From NCBI GenBank assembly GCA_963836205.1, contig CAWIIV010000006.1:288001-352000 (forward strand): a DNA stretch of 64,000 nucleotides, in the 5' to 3' direction. This document shows positions 44,262-56,900 of the stretch, piece after piece. Position numbers and translations under genes: made by a program. Numbering within the stretch: the first letter of the stretch is position 1; every line of letters starts with the position of its first letter. The DNA comes from an uncultured Acidimicrobiia bacterium. GTDB taxonomy: Bacteria; Actinomycetota; Acidimicrobiia; Acidimicrobiales; AC-14. The notes under the pieces were generated by a model. The model was not told where the DNA came from. It ran no database searches and saw only the letters and a program-made list of their open reading frames with translations.

Positions 44262-45230
44262 ATGGACATCGCTCACTCCACCATCCTGCTCACGGGAGGT
44301 ACCGGCTCGTTCGGGCACGCTTTCGTCGCCCACGTGACGAGGGAGTTTCCCGAAGCGGTCATTCGGGTCTACTCCCGGGACGAGTTGAAGCAGTCGGAGA
44401 TGCGAACCCGCTTCGGTGACGACCAGGTCCGCTACTTCCTGGGCGACGTGCGCGACCGCGGCCGGCTCCTACGGGCCGCCAAGGGTGTTGACCTCATCGT
44501 CCACGCCGCCGCCATGAAGCAGGTGCCGGCGTGCGAGTACAACCCCTTCGAGGCCGTCCAGACCAACGTGCTCGGCGCCGAGAACATCGTCGACGTCGCC
44601 ATCGACGCCGGGGTCTCGAGGGTGATAGCTCTCTCCACCGACAAGGCCGTGAACCCCGTCAACCTCTACGGCGCCACCAAATTGTGCGCCGAGAAGATTA
44701 TCGTCCAGGGCAACGCCTACGCGGCCACGTCGTCCACCAGGCTGTCGTGCGTGCGCTACGGCAACGTCGTCGGCTCGCGAGGTTCGGTGGTGCCCCTGTT
44801 CGTCAAGCAGCGGGCGGCAGGCCTCCTCACGATCACCGACGAGCGCATGACCCGGTTCTGGATCACTCTCGACCAAGCGGTGGACCTCGTCCTCTTCGCG
44901 GTCGACCACTCGACGGGCGGGGAGGTCTTCATCCCCAAGATCCCGTCCATGCGAGTGGTCGATCTCGCCGACGCCATGGCTCCGGGCGTCCCCCGGGAGG
45001 TCATCGGGATCCGACCCGGCGAGAAGCTCCACGAGGTGCTCATCACCGCCGACGAGAGCCGGCACGCAGTCGACGCCGACGACGTCTACATCGTGTTCCC
45101 GGAGCAGCCGTGGTGGGATGCCCATCCCCGGTGGATGGAGGGGAAGCCGCTCGACGAGGGGTTCGTCTACGCCAGCAACACGAACCGCGAGTGGTTGACG
45201 AAGGAAGCCCTCACCGCGCTGCTGTCGTGA
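44262..45230 (+). CDS. pseB: UDP-GlcNAc 4,6-dehydratase (inverting)
   Basis: TGGTGSFG, SRDELKQ, KQVPACEYNP, LSTDKAVNPVNLYGATKL, RYGNVVGSRGSV, MTRFWITL, GIRPGEKLHE. Confidence 0.95.
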   Translation: MDIAHSTILLTGGTGSFGHAFVAHVTREFPEAVIRVYSRDELKQSEMRTRFGDDQVRYFLGDVRDRGRLLRAAKGVDLIVHAAAMKQVPACEYNPFEAVQTNVLGAENIVDVAIDAGVSRVIALSTDKAVNPVNLYGATKLCAEKIIVQGNAYAATSSTRLSCVRYGNVVGSRGSVVPLFVKQRAAGLLTITDERMTRFWITLDQAVDLVLFAVDHSTGGEVFIPKIPSMRVVDLADAMAPGVPREVIGIRPGEKLHEVLITADESRHAVDADDVYIVFPEQPWWDAHPRWMEGKPLDEGFVYASNTNREWLTKEALTALLS

Positions 45231-46305
45231 TCCCCTACGGCCACCAGTCGATCGACGACGACGACATCGCAGCCGTCGTCGAGGTGCTCCGAGGCGATTG
45301 GCTCACCCAGGGCCCCACCGTCGTCGCCTTCGAGGACGCGCTGGCCGAATCGGTCGGCGCCCGCTTCGCCGTGGCCTTCTCCAGCGGCACGGCGGCCTTG
45401 CACGGGGCGATGATCGCCGCCGGCGTCGGCCCGGGAGCCGTCGTCACCACCTCACCTCTCACCTTCGTGGCCAGCGCCAACTGCGCCCGGTACGTGGGGG
45501 CCGACGTCGCCTTGGTCGACATCGACCCGCGCACGCTGCTGATGAACCTCGATCTGGTCCCGGCGACGGGGTGCGACGCCCTGGTCGCCGTCCACTACGC
45601 CGGCCTTCCGCTCGACCTGTCGACGCTGACCCAGCGGCCGCGGGTCGTCATCGAGGACGCCGCCCACGCCCTCGGGGCGATCACGCACGACGGCCCCGTC
45701 GGCAACTGCGCCCACTCCGACATGTGCATGTTCTCCTTCCACCCGGTGAAGCACATCACCACCGGCGAGGGCGGCATGATCACCACGAACTCGGCCGAGC
45801 TGGCGGAGAAGCTGCGCCGGGCGCGGAACCACGGCATCGTCCCGAAACCCAAGGTTGGTGGCTGGTACTACGAGGTGGAAGACACCGGGTTCAACTACCG
45901 GATGACCGACATCCAGGCCGCCCTCGGGTGCAGCCAGCTAGCCAGGCTGGCCGCGTTCGTCGAGCGGCGGAACAAACTGGCCGAGCGCTACCGGCACATG
46001 CTCGCCGGCCTGCCGGTCCAGCTCCCGGAGGCAGCCGCGCCCGGCGCTTTCCACGCCTACCACCTGTTTCCCATCAGGGTCGGCGGCCGCGACGAGATCT
46101 ACCGCCGTCTACGGGGCCACGGGATCGGAGTCCAGGTGCACTACGTGCCGGTGCACCACCACCCTGTGTTCGCCCACCTGGGGTCCGGCGGCCCCGGCTT
46201 CCCCGAGGCCGATCGCGCCTATGAGCGGCTGCTCTCCTTGCCGCTGTTCCCCGGTATGAGCGAGCTCGACCAGGACCGCGTGGTCCAGGAGCTGTCTGCC
46301 GCGCT

Positions 46306-46309
<4 letters not shown>
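45227..46309 (+). CDS. pseC: UDP-4-amino-4,6-dideoxy-N-acetyl-L-altrosamine transaminase (DegT family)
   Basis: IPYGHQSIDDDDI, WLTQGP, EDAAHALG, FSFHPVKHITTGEGG, GFNYRMTDIQAALG, QVHYVP. Confidence 0.94.
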
Positions 46310-47570
<1,261 letters not shown>

Positions 47571-47574
<4 letters not shown>

Positions 47575-48518
47575 CCGTCGTCCCCCGGGTGCTGGTGCTG
47601 GGAGCCGGCTCCATCGGGGCGCGTCATGCCCGCAACCTGGCCGCGGCGGGCGCTGCGGTGTCGATCACGGACCCGGCCCCCGGCCGGGCCGAGGCGGTTT
47701 CGGCCGCGGTCGCCGTGCCGTTCACCGACGGGGCCTTCGAGGGTTACGACGGCATCGTCGTCGCCAGCCCTACCAGCTTTCACGCGACGCACGCCGAGAT
47801 GGCCACCCGTCATTGTGATCGGGTGATGGTCGAGAAGCCGCTGGCGGCGACCGCGGCCGAGGCCGACGCCCTCGCCGACGCGGTGGGCGAGCGCCTTATG
47901 GTCGGCTACAACCTTCGCCTGCACGCGCCAATGGAGCGCCTTGTGGCCCTCGTCCACGACGGCACCGCCGGATCCGTGCTCGGACTCCACATCTGGTTCG
48001 GGAGCTACCTCCCCGACTGGCGGCCCGGCACCGACTACCGGACGACCTATTCGGCCCGGGCCGACCTAGGCGGCGGCGTCCTGGCCGACGCCATCCACGA
48101 GATCGACATGCTCCTCTGGCTGCTCGGGGATGGGCTGGAGGTCGTCGGCGCCGCGATCGGCAACACCGGCACCCTCGAGATCGACGTAGAGGACACGGTC
48201 AAGGCGGTGCTCCGGCACACCTCGGGTGCGACGGTCGACATGTCGCTCGACTACCTGAGCCGGCGCTACCGCCGGGGCGTCGAGGTGGTGGGCGAGCGGG
48301 CCACGGTCAGGCTCGACTGGGCTCGCGCCTTGATCGAGCGGGAGGACGGAGACTCTGTCGTGACCGAGGAGGCGTCTACGCCGGTGCACGTCTCCTACGA
48401 GCGCGAGGCGCAGCGATTCCTCGACTGGATCACGACCGGGGCGCCACCCCCCGTCGACGGCGCGGAGGGAGCCAAATCGGTCCGCCTGGCCAACCGGCTA
48501 CGGGAGTGCGCCCGATGA
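47571..48518 (+). CDS. Gfo/Idh/MocA family oxidoreductase
   Basis: GAGSIGARH, VEKP, VGYNLR, YLPDWRPGTDYR, GGGVL...HEID. Confidence 0.9.
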
Positions 48519-49561
48519 CGGTCCTCGGCGTCGTCCAGGCCCGGATGGGATCCAACCGCCTGCCCGGGAAGGTGGTCGCCGACCTCGGCGGCGGCTATCG
48601 CGTACTGGGGCTGCTGCTCGAGCGGCTCCGGCCGGCTCCGTTGGACATCATCGTGGTCGCCACCACCACCGCGCCCCACGACGACGTCGTGGAGGAACTA
48701 GCCCGCTCGACGGGAGTGGCGGTGGTGCGGGGCTCCGAGGACGACGTCCTTGGTCGCTTCGCCCTCGTCCTCGAGACCTACCCCGCCGACCACGTCGTCC
48801 GAATCACCGCCGACTGCCCCCTCGTCGACCCCTCCATCGTCGCCACAGTGCTGGACAACCACGCGTGGTCCGGGGCCGACTACACGTCGAACACCCTGAT
48901 CCGCAGCTATCCGGACGGCCTCGACATAGAGGTGGTGTCCGCCGCGGCCCTTCGGGCTGCCCACGCCGAAGCGGTCGACCCTGACGAGCGGGAGCATGTC
49001 ACGCCCTTCGTCCACCGCCGCCCCGAGCGGTTCCGGCTGGCGGCCAGCATCGGGTCCCGTCATCTGGCCCACGAGCGATGGACGCTCGACACTCCGGACG
49101 ACCTGGCGTGGCTTCGTGATGTTGTCGCTCGCCTGCCCGATCCGACGCTCGGGTGGGAACAGATCCTCGCCGTGCGGCCCGTGCCACAGGCACCGGCGCC
49201 GGCCCTCAGGCCGGCTACCGGCGCCGATATCGGCCTCGTAGGCGAACCCGTCGACGACCCTGGCAACCGGGTCTGGCTCCTCGACGACGGGGCGGGATCG
49301 CCCCTGTGGGCGCGCCTCGCCGTCCGCTCGGGGTCAGCCCAGTTGACCGTCGGAGGTGACGTGCACGATCACCACCGAAAGGCCCAACTTGTGTCGTCGC
49401 TCCTCGGCGTGCTGAAACAGGATCTTCAGGTCACCGAGCTCAGGTCCGACGGGCCGCCGGAGGCGCTCCACACTGAGAATGGCTTCGTCAAAGAAGAGGG
49501 TTCGGCCGACCTTCTGTGGCGGCTTCGCCCACCATCGGTAGCGGGCGCGGGGGTGGGTTAG
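48515..49561 (+). CDS. pseF: SpsF/PseF-type CMP-nonulosonate synthetase with C-terminal extension
   Basis: QARMGSNRLPGKV, GSEDDVLGRF, RITADCPLVDP, YPDGLDIEV, REHVTP, RWTLDTPDD. Confidence 0.85.
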   Translation: MTVLGVVQARMGSNRLPGKVVADLGGGYRVLGLLLERLRPAPLDIIVVATTTAPHDDVVEELARSTGVAVVRGSEDDVLGRFALVLETYPADHVVRITADCPLVDPSIVATVLDNHAWSGADYTSNTLIRSYPDGLDIEVVSAAALRAAHAEAVDPDEREHVTPFVHRRPERFRLAASIGSRHLAHERWTLDTPDDLAWLRDVVARLPDPTLGWEQILAVRPVPQAPAPALRPATGADIGLVGEPVDDPGNRVWLLDDGAGSPLWARLAVRSGSAQLTVGGDVHDHHRKAQLVSSLLGVLKQDLQVTELRSDGPPEALHTENGFVKEEGSADLLWRLRPPSVAGAGVG

Positions 49562-49984
49562 ACGACACTCGGGCAGATCAGCCGGATCGTGCCGCGATGG
49601 CGAACCTATCGCTGCGATCTTCCTGCGTCGGCTCGCAGTTTTGGGGAGATCGACAGCTGGGACCGGTACGCACTCGCTCGCGACTGTCAGCGGGGGCGGA
49701 GTGGCCTCTCCGTCCAATGTGTCGTTTAGTTTCATACCCTGTTGTGACAGCACCTGCTAGTACCACTTGCGAACTCCCCATAGCGCCACTAGACAGGCGG
49801 CTTGCTGCGCTGGTTGGCGTTGCTGGGGAGAGGACTGGAGGCACGGCGGCCTGCTTGAACGGCGGTAACACCTGCGACTCGCGCCGTAGCTGGCGACCGG
49901 TGCCTTTTGGTCGGCTTTGGGAAGGACCGCGCCCTGCCTTGGGTGCGCTCGGGCAAAAACCGAAGATGGCGGAGGTGCCAGGAG

Positions 49985-52900
49985 ATGATGGCCCAGGTAA
50001 TGAAAGCGAGGCGGTGTTTCAGGAATCTGGTCAAGGTTGCAGTCGGCCTCTTGGCCTGCGCTACGATGCTGGCGGTGGCCACGGGCCCGGTCGCGGCTCA
50101 GGGCGCACCGGCTGACCTCAGGGCCAAGCTCGATGACGCCGCCGGGGGCCAGGCCCGCCTCGCCGACCAGGCCGGCACCGGCTTGCTCCGCTTCTTCGGC
50201 ACCACCAAGGACCACGCCGTGGCCCGGGCCCGGGGCGTGGCGGCCGACGCCACCCCCGAAGTCGCCGCCCGCAGCTTCCTCGGCACCTACGGCTCGCTGT
50301 TCGGGGCCCACGACCAAGGGCATCAGCTCCAGGCCACCCGCTCCACCACCTCCGACGAGGGCCGCTCGACGGTGCGCTTCCAGCAGGTCCACAACGGCGT
50401 GGCCGTCTACGGGGGCCAGCTGATGGTGAACCTCGACGCCGACAAGAACGTCCTGTCGGCCAACGGCGAGCTGCTGCCCTCCCTGACGTTGGGGACCACG
50501 CCCGCCATCAGCGCGGGCGAGGCGCAGGCCGCGGCGATCGCGGCCATCGCCAAGCAGCGCGACCTCGACCCCGCCGGGCTGCGGGCGGGGCCCGGCTCGC
50601 AACAGATTCACAACCCGGTGCTGCTGGGCGACGGCGGGCGGCCGGTCGACTCGCTGGCGTGGCTGACCGAGGTCACCAACCCCGGCGGCGACCCCATCCG
50701 GGAACAGGTGCTGGTCAACGCGAAGACCAAGGCCGTCCTGCTGCACTTCGACCAGATCGCGGAGATCAAGGACCGCACCATCTGCGACCGCAATAACGTC
50801 GTCAACCCCGACGAGAGCTGCACCCCTATCACTCGCATCGAAGGCAGTGGTCCCAGCGGCATCCTCGACGTCGACCGGGCCTACGACTACTCCGGCGCCA
50901 CCTACGACTACTACTTCACCAACTTCGGCCGGGACAGCATCGACGACGCCGGCCTGCCCCTGCAGTCGGTCACCCGCTTCTGCCCCGACGCAGGCAGCTG
51001 CCCGTATGGCAACGCCTTCTGGAACGGCGCCAACATGGTGTACGGCGACGGGTTCGCCTCGGCCGACGACGTGGTGGGCCACGAGCTGACCCACGGCGTG
51101 ACCCAGTACGAGTCGGGCCTCTTCTACTACTACCAGTCGGGCGCCATCAACGAGTCGCTGTCGGACGTGTTCGGCGAGCTGGTCGACCTCACCGACGGGC
51201 TTGGCACCGACACCCCCGGGGTGCGGTGGCTCATGGGCGAGGACCTGCCCATCGGCGCTATCCGCAACATGCAGAACCCGCCGGCCTACGGCGACCCGGA
51301 CTCGATGGCCAGCCTCAACTACGTCACCGGCGCCGGCGACAACGGTGGCGTGCACAGCAACAGCGGGGTCAACAACAAGAACCTGTCCCTCATGGTCGAC
51401 GGCGGCACCTTCAACGGCGTCACCGTGGCCCCCCTGGGCACGACCAAGGCAGGGCACATCTACTACGAGGCCCAGACCAACCTGCTCACGTCGGGCAGCG
51501 ACTACCGGGACCTCTACGAGATGCTCCAGCAGGCCTGCTACAACAAGGTCGGCGTCGCCGGCATCACCGCCGCCGACTGCGCCGAGGTCAAGAAGGCGGT
51601 CACGGCCACAAAGATGAACCAGTCCGCCCCCGGGGGCGGAGCGCTGGAGGCCCCCATCTGCGAGAGCGGCGACAACCCCACCGACCTGTTCTTCGACAAC
51701 ATGGAGGGCCCCACCAACAATTGGACCTCCGAGGGTTCGGTCGACGGTGGGTGGGTCTACAACGGCGGCTACGCGACCAGCGGGAACCTCCATCTCTTCG
51801 GACCTGACCCCGCCTCTGCAAGTGACCAGACAGCCACCCGGGCAGCACCTGTCATCCCGCCGGCAGACAAGACCACCTACCTACTGTTCAACCACGCCTA
51901 CGACGCGGAGGCCAATTGGGACGGCGGCAAGGTCGAGTACAGCACCAATGGCGGCGGCAGCTGGATCGATGCCGGGCCGCTGTTCGTCGACAACGGCTAC
52001 AACCTCACCAACTCCAACGGTCCCTTCGCCGGCGAGTCGGTGTTCAGCAGCAGGAGCATGGGCTATGGCTCGAGTCGGATCGACCTGACCTCCCTGGCCG
52101 GCGCCAGCGTCCTCTACCGCTTCCGCTTCGCCTCCGACGCCTCCGTCGGCGGCCTGGGATGGTTCGTCGACGACGTGCGGGTGTACACCTGCGGGCAGCC
52201 GGCGCCGTCCATCTCCATCAACGATGTCAGCGTGGCCGAAGGCAACACCGGCACAACGCCGGCCACCTTCACCATCTCCCGCAGCGGCGACCTGACTGAG
52301 ACCTCCTCCGTGGACTACTCCACGTCATCGGGCACGGCAACGCCCAACGTCGACTTTGGTGGCCTGTGGTTAAACACCAACTTCGCCGCCGGGGAGTCGT
52401 CCAAGACCGTGATCGTCAACGTCAACGGCGACACCCTCGACGAATCCAACGAGACGTTCTCTGTCGTCCTCCTGCTCCCGGTCGGAGGGATCGTGTCCGA
52501 CGACGTGGGCGTCGCCACGATCGTCAACGACGACTCGGCGCCGTCGCTCACGATCAACGACGTGGCCGTGGTCGAAGGCAACGCCGGCATCACCGTGGCC
52601 GGCTTCACCATCACCCGCTCGGGCGACGTCAGCGGGGCATCCTCGGTGAACTACGCCACCGCCGGCATCCAGGCCACGGCCGGGACCGACTTCGTCAACG
52701 TGGGCACCACCACGGTGAACTTCTTGGCGACGGAGACGACCAAGACGGTGAACATCACCGTCAACGGCGACACCACCGTCGAGGCCCACGAGAACTTCCT
52801 GGTGGCGCTGGCCACGCCCGTCAATGCCGTCATCGCCGACAGCCAGGGCATCGGTACCGTCACCGACGACGATGTCGGCACTCCGGCGAGGATCTCGGTC

Positions 52901-54259
52901 AACGACGTGCCTGTCACCGAGGGCAACGCCGGCACCCTCAACGCCACCTTCACCGTGACCCGGACCGGCAGCACCGCCGAGGCGGTGTCGGTGTCGGCGC
53001 TCACCGCCGCCGGCACGGCCACCGCCGGCACCGACTACACCACCACCGGGCCCACGGTGCTCAGCTTGGGCATCGGGGTGACCTCGGCCAACTTCGTGGT
53101 GCCAGTCGTGGGAGACGTCCTCGACGAGCCCAACGAGACGTTCTTCGTCAACCTCACCCTGCCGGTCAAGGCCACCATCATCGACAGCCAGGGGGTGGGC
53201 ACCATCGTCGACAACGACGGGGTCCCCAATCCCGCAGGCCCGGCCACCTTCCTCGCCGTCAACGACGTCACCGCCAGCGAGGGCAACGCCGGGCTCACCA
53301 ACTTCAGCTTCACCGTCACCCGCTCGGGCAACGTGGCCGGGGCTTCGTCGCTGACCTACAAGACCTTCCAGGGCACGGCCAAGCTGGGCACCGACCTGAT
53401 CCTGGTCGACGACGCGGCGGTGAGCTTCGCCGCCACCGAGACCACCAAGACGGCGGTCGTGCAGGTCTACGGTGACCCCAACGCGGAGACCAACGAGACC
53501 TTCGTCATCAGCCTCCGCAACCCGGTGGGGGCGACGATCTCCGACTCGATCGGCACCGGCATTATCACCAATGACGACGCCGGCCTGCCGGGCAGCCTGG
53601 CCGTCAACGACGTCATCGTCGGTGAGTCCAACTCGGGGACCGCCACCGCCACCTTCACCGTGACCCGCTCGGGCAACTCCGCCGAGCCGGTGACGGTGAA
53701 CTTCGCCACCACCAACGGGACCGCCGCAGCCCCCGGCGACTATGTGGCCATCAGCTCCACCAGCTTGATCTTCGCCGAGCTGGAGACGACCAAGACCGTC
53801 AGCGTGGCCGTCAAGGGCGACGGTACCGTCGAGGGCGACGAGACCTTCTTCGTCAACCTCTCCCTGCCGGTGGGTGCCGCCATCGCCGACACCCAGGGCG
53901 TGGGCACCATCAAGAACGACGATCCGCTGCCCAGCCTCAGCGCCAACGACGTCTATGTCACCGAGGGCAACGGAACCCGCAAGACCGTCACCGTGACGGT
54001 GACCCGCGCCGGCGACCTGTCGGGGGCATCGTCGGTGGCCTACACCACCAGTGCCATCACGGCCACGTTCGGGGTCGACTACCTGCCCGCTTCCGCCATC
54101 CTCAACTTCGCGGCCGGCGAAACGGCCAAGACCATCACGGTCACCATCATCGGCGACAGCGAAGCGGAACCCAACGAGACCACGGCCATCGCCCTGAGCT
54201 CACCCGTCGGCTTGACGATCTCCGACAACGGCTTGATCACGATCGTCAACGACGACTGA
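49985..54259 (+). CDS. Secreted M4 (thermolysin-like) metalloprotease with propeptide, beta-sandwich domain and six Calx-beta repeats
   Basis: Signal peptide, FTP-like VRFQQVHNGVAVYG, NAFWNG, HELTH, GAINESLSD, DNGGVHSNSG; six (I/V)ND..V.EG...E.NETF...I.NDD units; start 49985 or 50000. Confidence 0.93.
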   Translation: MMAQVMKARRCFRNLVKVAVGLLACATMLAVATGPVAAQGAPADLRAKLDDAAGGQARLADQAGTGLLRFFGTTKDHAVARARGVAADATPEVAARSFLGTYGSLFGAHDQGHQLQATRSTTSDEGRSTVRFQQVHNGVAVYGGQLMVNLDADKNVLSANGELLPSLTLGTTPAISAGEAQAAAIAAIAKQRDLDPAGLRAGPGSQQIHNPVLLGDGGRPVDSLAWLTEVTNPGGDPIREQVLVNAKTKAVLLHFDQIAEIKDRTICDRNNVVNPDESCTPITRIEGSGPSGILDVDRAYDYSGATYDYYFTNFGRDSIDDAGLPLQSVTRFCPDAGSCPYGNAFWNGANMVYGDGFASADDVVGHELTHGVTQYESGLFYYYQSGAINESLSDVFGELVDLTDGLGTDTPGVRWLMGEDLPIGAIRNMQNPPAYGDPDSMASLNYVTGAGDNGGVHSNSGVNNKNLSLMVDGGTFNGVTVAPLGTTKAGHIYYEAQTNLLTSGSDYRDLYEMLQQACYNKVGVAGITAADCAEVKKAVTATKMNQSAPGGGALEAPICESGDNPTDLFFDNMEGPTNNWTSEGSVDGGWVYNGGYATSGNLHLFGPDPASASDQTATRAAPVIPPADKTTYLLFNHAYDAEANWDGGKVEYSTNGGGSWIDAGPLFVDNGYNLTNSNGPFAGESVFSSRSMGYGSSRIDLTSLAGASVLYRFRFASDASVGGLGWFVDDVRVYTCGQPAPSISINDVSVAEGNTGTTPATFTISRSGDLTETSSVDYSTSSGTATPNVDFGGLWLNTNFAAGESSKTVIVNVNGDTLDESNETFSVVLLLPVGGIVSDDVGVATIVNDDSAPSLTINDVAVVEGNAGITVAGFTITRSGDVSGASSVNYATAGIQATAGTDFVNVGTTTVNFLATETTKTVNITVNGDTTVEAHENFLVALATPVNAVIADSQGIGTVTDDDVGTPARISVNDVPVTEGNAGTLNATFTVTRTGSTAEAVSVSALTAAGTATAGTDYTTTGPTVLSLGIGVTSANFVVPVVGDVLDEPNETFFVNLTLPVKATIIDSQGVGTIVDNDGVPNPAGPATFLAVNDVTASEGNAGLTNFSFTVTRSGNVAGASSLTYKTFQGTAKLGTDLILVDDAAVSFAATETTKTAVVQVYGDPNAETNETFVISLRNPVGATISDSIGTGIITNDDAGLPGSLAVNDVIVGESNSGTATATFTVTRSGNSAEPVTVNFATTNGTAAAPGDYVAISSTSLIFAELETTKTVSVAVKGDGTVEGDETFFVNLSLPVGAAIADTQGVGTIKNDDPLPSLSANDVYVTEGNGTRKTVTVTVTRAGDLSGASSVAYTTSAITATFGVDYLPASAILNFAAGETAKTITVTIIGDSEAEPNETTAIALSSPVGLTISDNGLITIVNDD

Positions 54260-54289
54260 AGATGGACTCGATGACGCACTCGATGAGCG

Positions 54290-54320
54290 CTCGACCCGCG
54301 GGGAGATCCCGCGGGTCGAG
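54290..54320 (+). terminator. Perfect 13-bp GC hairpin after the M4 protease gene
   Basis: ctcgacccgcggg-gagat-cccgcgggtcgag; no U tract, so the terminator role is inferred. Confidence 0.55.
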
Positions 54321-54332
54321 GCTCGGAATGAA

Positions 54333-54944
54333 GTGGTCGGCGTGTCTCTGAATCTCTCCCGGCGACCGGCGTGGCCGAATGCCGGCGGCAACCGGCAGTG
54401 GGCATCGGCCCGAGTCGCGAAGGCGGCGGCGATCCTCGCCATCGGACTGCTCGCGGCCGTCGCCGCCCTCAACATCGGTCGTCCTCAAAAGAGCCAAGAG
54501 CTCATCCAACGCAACGGGCAGGCCGACGTGAGCGCACCCGGCGCCGTCGCACTCACTCCCACCGGCGACGGCAGCGCGACCGTCGGGTCGGAAGCGTCTG
54601 GCGGCAGCGGGTTGGACTCCTCCACCCCGGCGGGTCCCACCCAGTCTCCTAACGGCCGCCCGGACACCGTGGCATCCGATGCAGGCGGAGGGGGAGGCGC
54701 GGAGCGGAAGGTCGATCCGAACACGACCACCGGTCAGAACGTGCCCGGTGCCGATCCGACCACCGACGACGCGACGACGGCCGAGGACCTGGCGAACCGG
54801 TTGGCCGCGGACCTGCTGGCCCAACCGGCCGATGCCGACATCGATCCCGAGGCCTTCGAGGAGGTTGGCGGGTCAGGAGCCACGGAGCCGATCTCCGGCG
54901 ATCCAGCGACCGAGTCGAACCCCATCGTGCCGCCCCTCAGCTGA
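54333..54944 (+). CDS. Hypothetical membrane-anchored low-complexity acidic protein
   Basis: One N-terminal hydrophobic helix followed by a G/S/T/D/P-rich tail; start uncertain. Confidence 0.5.
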   Translation: MVGVSLNLSRRPAWPNAGGNRQWASARVAKAAAILAIGLLAAVAALNIGRPQKSQELIQRNGQADVSAPGAVALTPTGDGSATVGSEASGGSGLDSSTPAGPTQSPNGRPDTVASDAGGGGGAERKVDPNTTTGQNVPGADPTTDDATTAEDLANRLAADLLAQPADADIDPEAFEEVGGSGATEPISGDPATESNPIVPPLS

Positions 54945-55034
54945 CGTAGGTCAGGTCGCCCGAGGTCCCGCGGCTACGATCGAGGGGTGCCGCGACCCTG
55001 CGGCTTGCTTGTAGCGCTGGGCCCAGGGAGACAA

Positions 55035-56258
55035 ATGGAACTCGTTCGTTGTACGAAATGCATACTTCCTGAGACGCACGAGACGATTACCTTCGACGAG
55101 GACGGCGTCTGCAATATCTGTCGCCAGCAGGAGCACAAGCAGGGCGTCATCGACTGGAGCGAAACCAAGCAACAACTAGACGCCATCGTCGAGAGCTTCC
55201 GTGGCCGGTACGAGTACGACTGCATCGTGCCGTTCTCGGGCGGCAAGGACAGCACCTGGACGCTGTATTACCTGATGAAGGAGTACGGCCTCCGGCCATT
55301 GGTGGTGAGCTTCGACCACGGCTTCATGCGGCCCCAGCTCCTCGAGAACACGAAACGGACTCTGCGCCAGTTGGGTGTGCCATTTCACTCATTCACGCCG
55401 AACTGGAAGGTTGTGCAGCGCCTGATGCTGCAGAGCTTCCTCGAGAAGGGCGACTTCTGCTGGCACTGCCACACCGGGATCTTCGCCTACCCGATGTGGG
55501 TGGCCATCCGGTACGAAGTGCCGCTGGTGATCTGGGGCGAACCGTCGGCAGAGTACACCGCATACTACCGCTACGACCAGCCGGAGGAGGTCGACGAGAA
55601 GCGGTTCAATCGCTTCGTGAACCTGGGGATCACGGCCCAGGACATGTATGTCCGCCTCGAGGGCATGGTCGACGAGCGTGACCTCCTCCCCTTCACATAC
55701 CCGCCGGTGAAGGAGCTGCGGCGCATCGGGTACCGCTCGATCTGCCTGGGCTCCTTCGTCCCCTGGGATGTGAAGCGGCAGGTGAAGATCATCGAGCAGG
55801 AGCTGGGCTGGCAGGGCGACGAGGTGGAGAACGTCCCGCCCGGCTACAGCTACGAGAAGATCGAATGCTCAATGCAGGGTGTGCGTGATTACATCAAGTA
55901 CATCAAGCGGGGCTACACCCGACCCTCCCACCTGGCGTCGATCGACGTCCGGAACGGGCGGCTCAGCCGCGACGAGGCCATGGAGATGGTGGCCGGCTGC
56001 GAGGGCATGCGGCCGCCCAGCCTCGACCTGTTCCTCGAGTTCGTCGGCCTCACCGAGGAGGAGTTCATGGAGATCGCCCTCAGCCACCGGGTGTCCCCGT
56101 GGAGCGAGGACGACGACGCCGTGCCGGTCCAACTCGGCCGCAAGACGCACGATTTCGACCGGTGGACCCGCCAGGGTGCCATGGATCCCGACGACGCCGC
56201 CCAGCAGCTCGACCGCTGGCGCCGTCGCACCAACCGCGTCGTCCTCACCGAAGTCTGA
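55035..56258 (+). CDS. N-acetyl sugar amidotransferase (PseA/WbpG/WbuX family)
   Basis: RCTKCILP...GVCNIC, YDCIVPFSGGKDS PP-loop, CWHCH, WGE, KYIKRGY, RDEA. Confidence 0.92.
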   Translation: MELVRCTKCILPETHETITFDEDGVCNICRQQEHKQGVIDWSETKQQLDAIVESFRGRYEYDCIVPFSGGKDSTWTLYYLMKEYGLRPLVVSFDHGFMRPQLLENTKRTLRQLGVPFHSFTPNWKVVQRLMLQSFLEKGDFCWHCHTGIFAYPMWVAIRYEVPLVIWGEPSAEYTAYYRYDQPEEVDEKRFNRFVNLGITAQDMYVRLEGMVDERDLLPFTYPPVKELRRIGYRSICLGSFVPWDVKRQVKIIEQELGWQGDEVENVPPGYSYEKIECSMQGVRDYIKYIKRGYTRPSHLASIDVRNGRLSRDEAMEMVAGCEGMRPPSLDLFLEFVGLTEEEFMEIALSHRVSPWSEDDDAVPVQLGRKTHDFDRWTRQGAMDPDDAAQQLDRWRRRTNRVVLTEV

Positions 56259-56287
56259 GGCCGGTCCGGCCTGATGGGTCTCCCCGC

Positions 56288-56896
56288 GTGATCGCGGTCG
56301 TCGACACGGGCCACGGCAACCTGCTGTCGGTCTGCAACGCGATCGAGTACCTGGGCTCGACGGCCCAGGTGTGCGATGGGCCCGAGGCCCTCCACGGCGC
56401 AGAGCGGGTGATCCTGCCGGGGGTGGGCGCGTTCCAGGATGCCATGCGGTCTCTGGCGGGTCGGGGCTTCCCGCCTGTACTCGACCAGCTGCGCGCCGCA
56501 GGGGTCCCGATCCTCGGTATCTGCCTCGGGATGCAGCTCCTGGCCCGGTGCAGCTACGAGGGCGGGAAGCACCCGGGCTTGGGATGGTTCGACGCCGAGG
56601 TCGTCCGGCTCGAGCCCGGCCACCTCCGTGTCCCCCACGTCGGGTGGAACCCCACCACGGTCGACCCGGAGAGCCCCTTGTTCAAGGGGCTCCCGGCCGC
56701 GCCCGAGTTCTACTTCGTCCACTCCTACCAGGTGCATTGCGCGGACAGGTCCCAGGTCGACGCCATCTGCGAGTACGGCGGCGACGTCACCGCCGCCATC
56801 CGGCTCGGCAACGTGGTGGCCACCCAGTTCCACCCCGAGAAGAGCCAGGACCTCGGCTTGGCCGTGCTCGACAACTTCCTGCGCTGGAACCCGTGA
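56288..56896 (+). CDS. HisH-like glutamine amidotransferase of the glycan cluster
   Basis: GNLLSV, LPGVGAF, GICLGMQ, VPHVGWN, YFVHSY, QFHPEKS. Confidence 0.92.
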   Translation: MIAVVDTGHGNLLSVCNAIEYLGSTAQVCDGPEALHGAERVILPGVGAFQDAMRSLAGRGFPPVLDQLRAAGVPILGICLGMQLLARCSYEGGKHPGLGWFDAEVVRLEPGHLRVPHVGWNPTTVDPESPLFKGLPAAPEFYFVHSYQVHCADRSQVDAICEYGGDVTAAIRLGNVVATQFHPEKSQDLGLAVLDNFLRWNP

Positions 56897-56900
56897 CTCT

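Noticed and set aside
49562-49984. Long leader upstream of the M4 protease as a riboswitch (also 26191-26634 and 38567-38935)
   Set aside because: I could not find consensus elements of c-di-GMP, c-di-AMP, SAM, TPP or cobalamin switches by eye; an Rfam/Infernal scan would be needed to exclude them.
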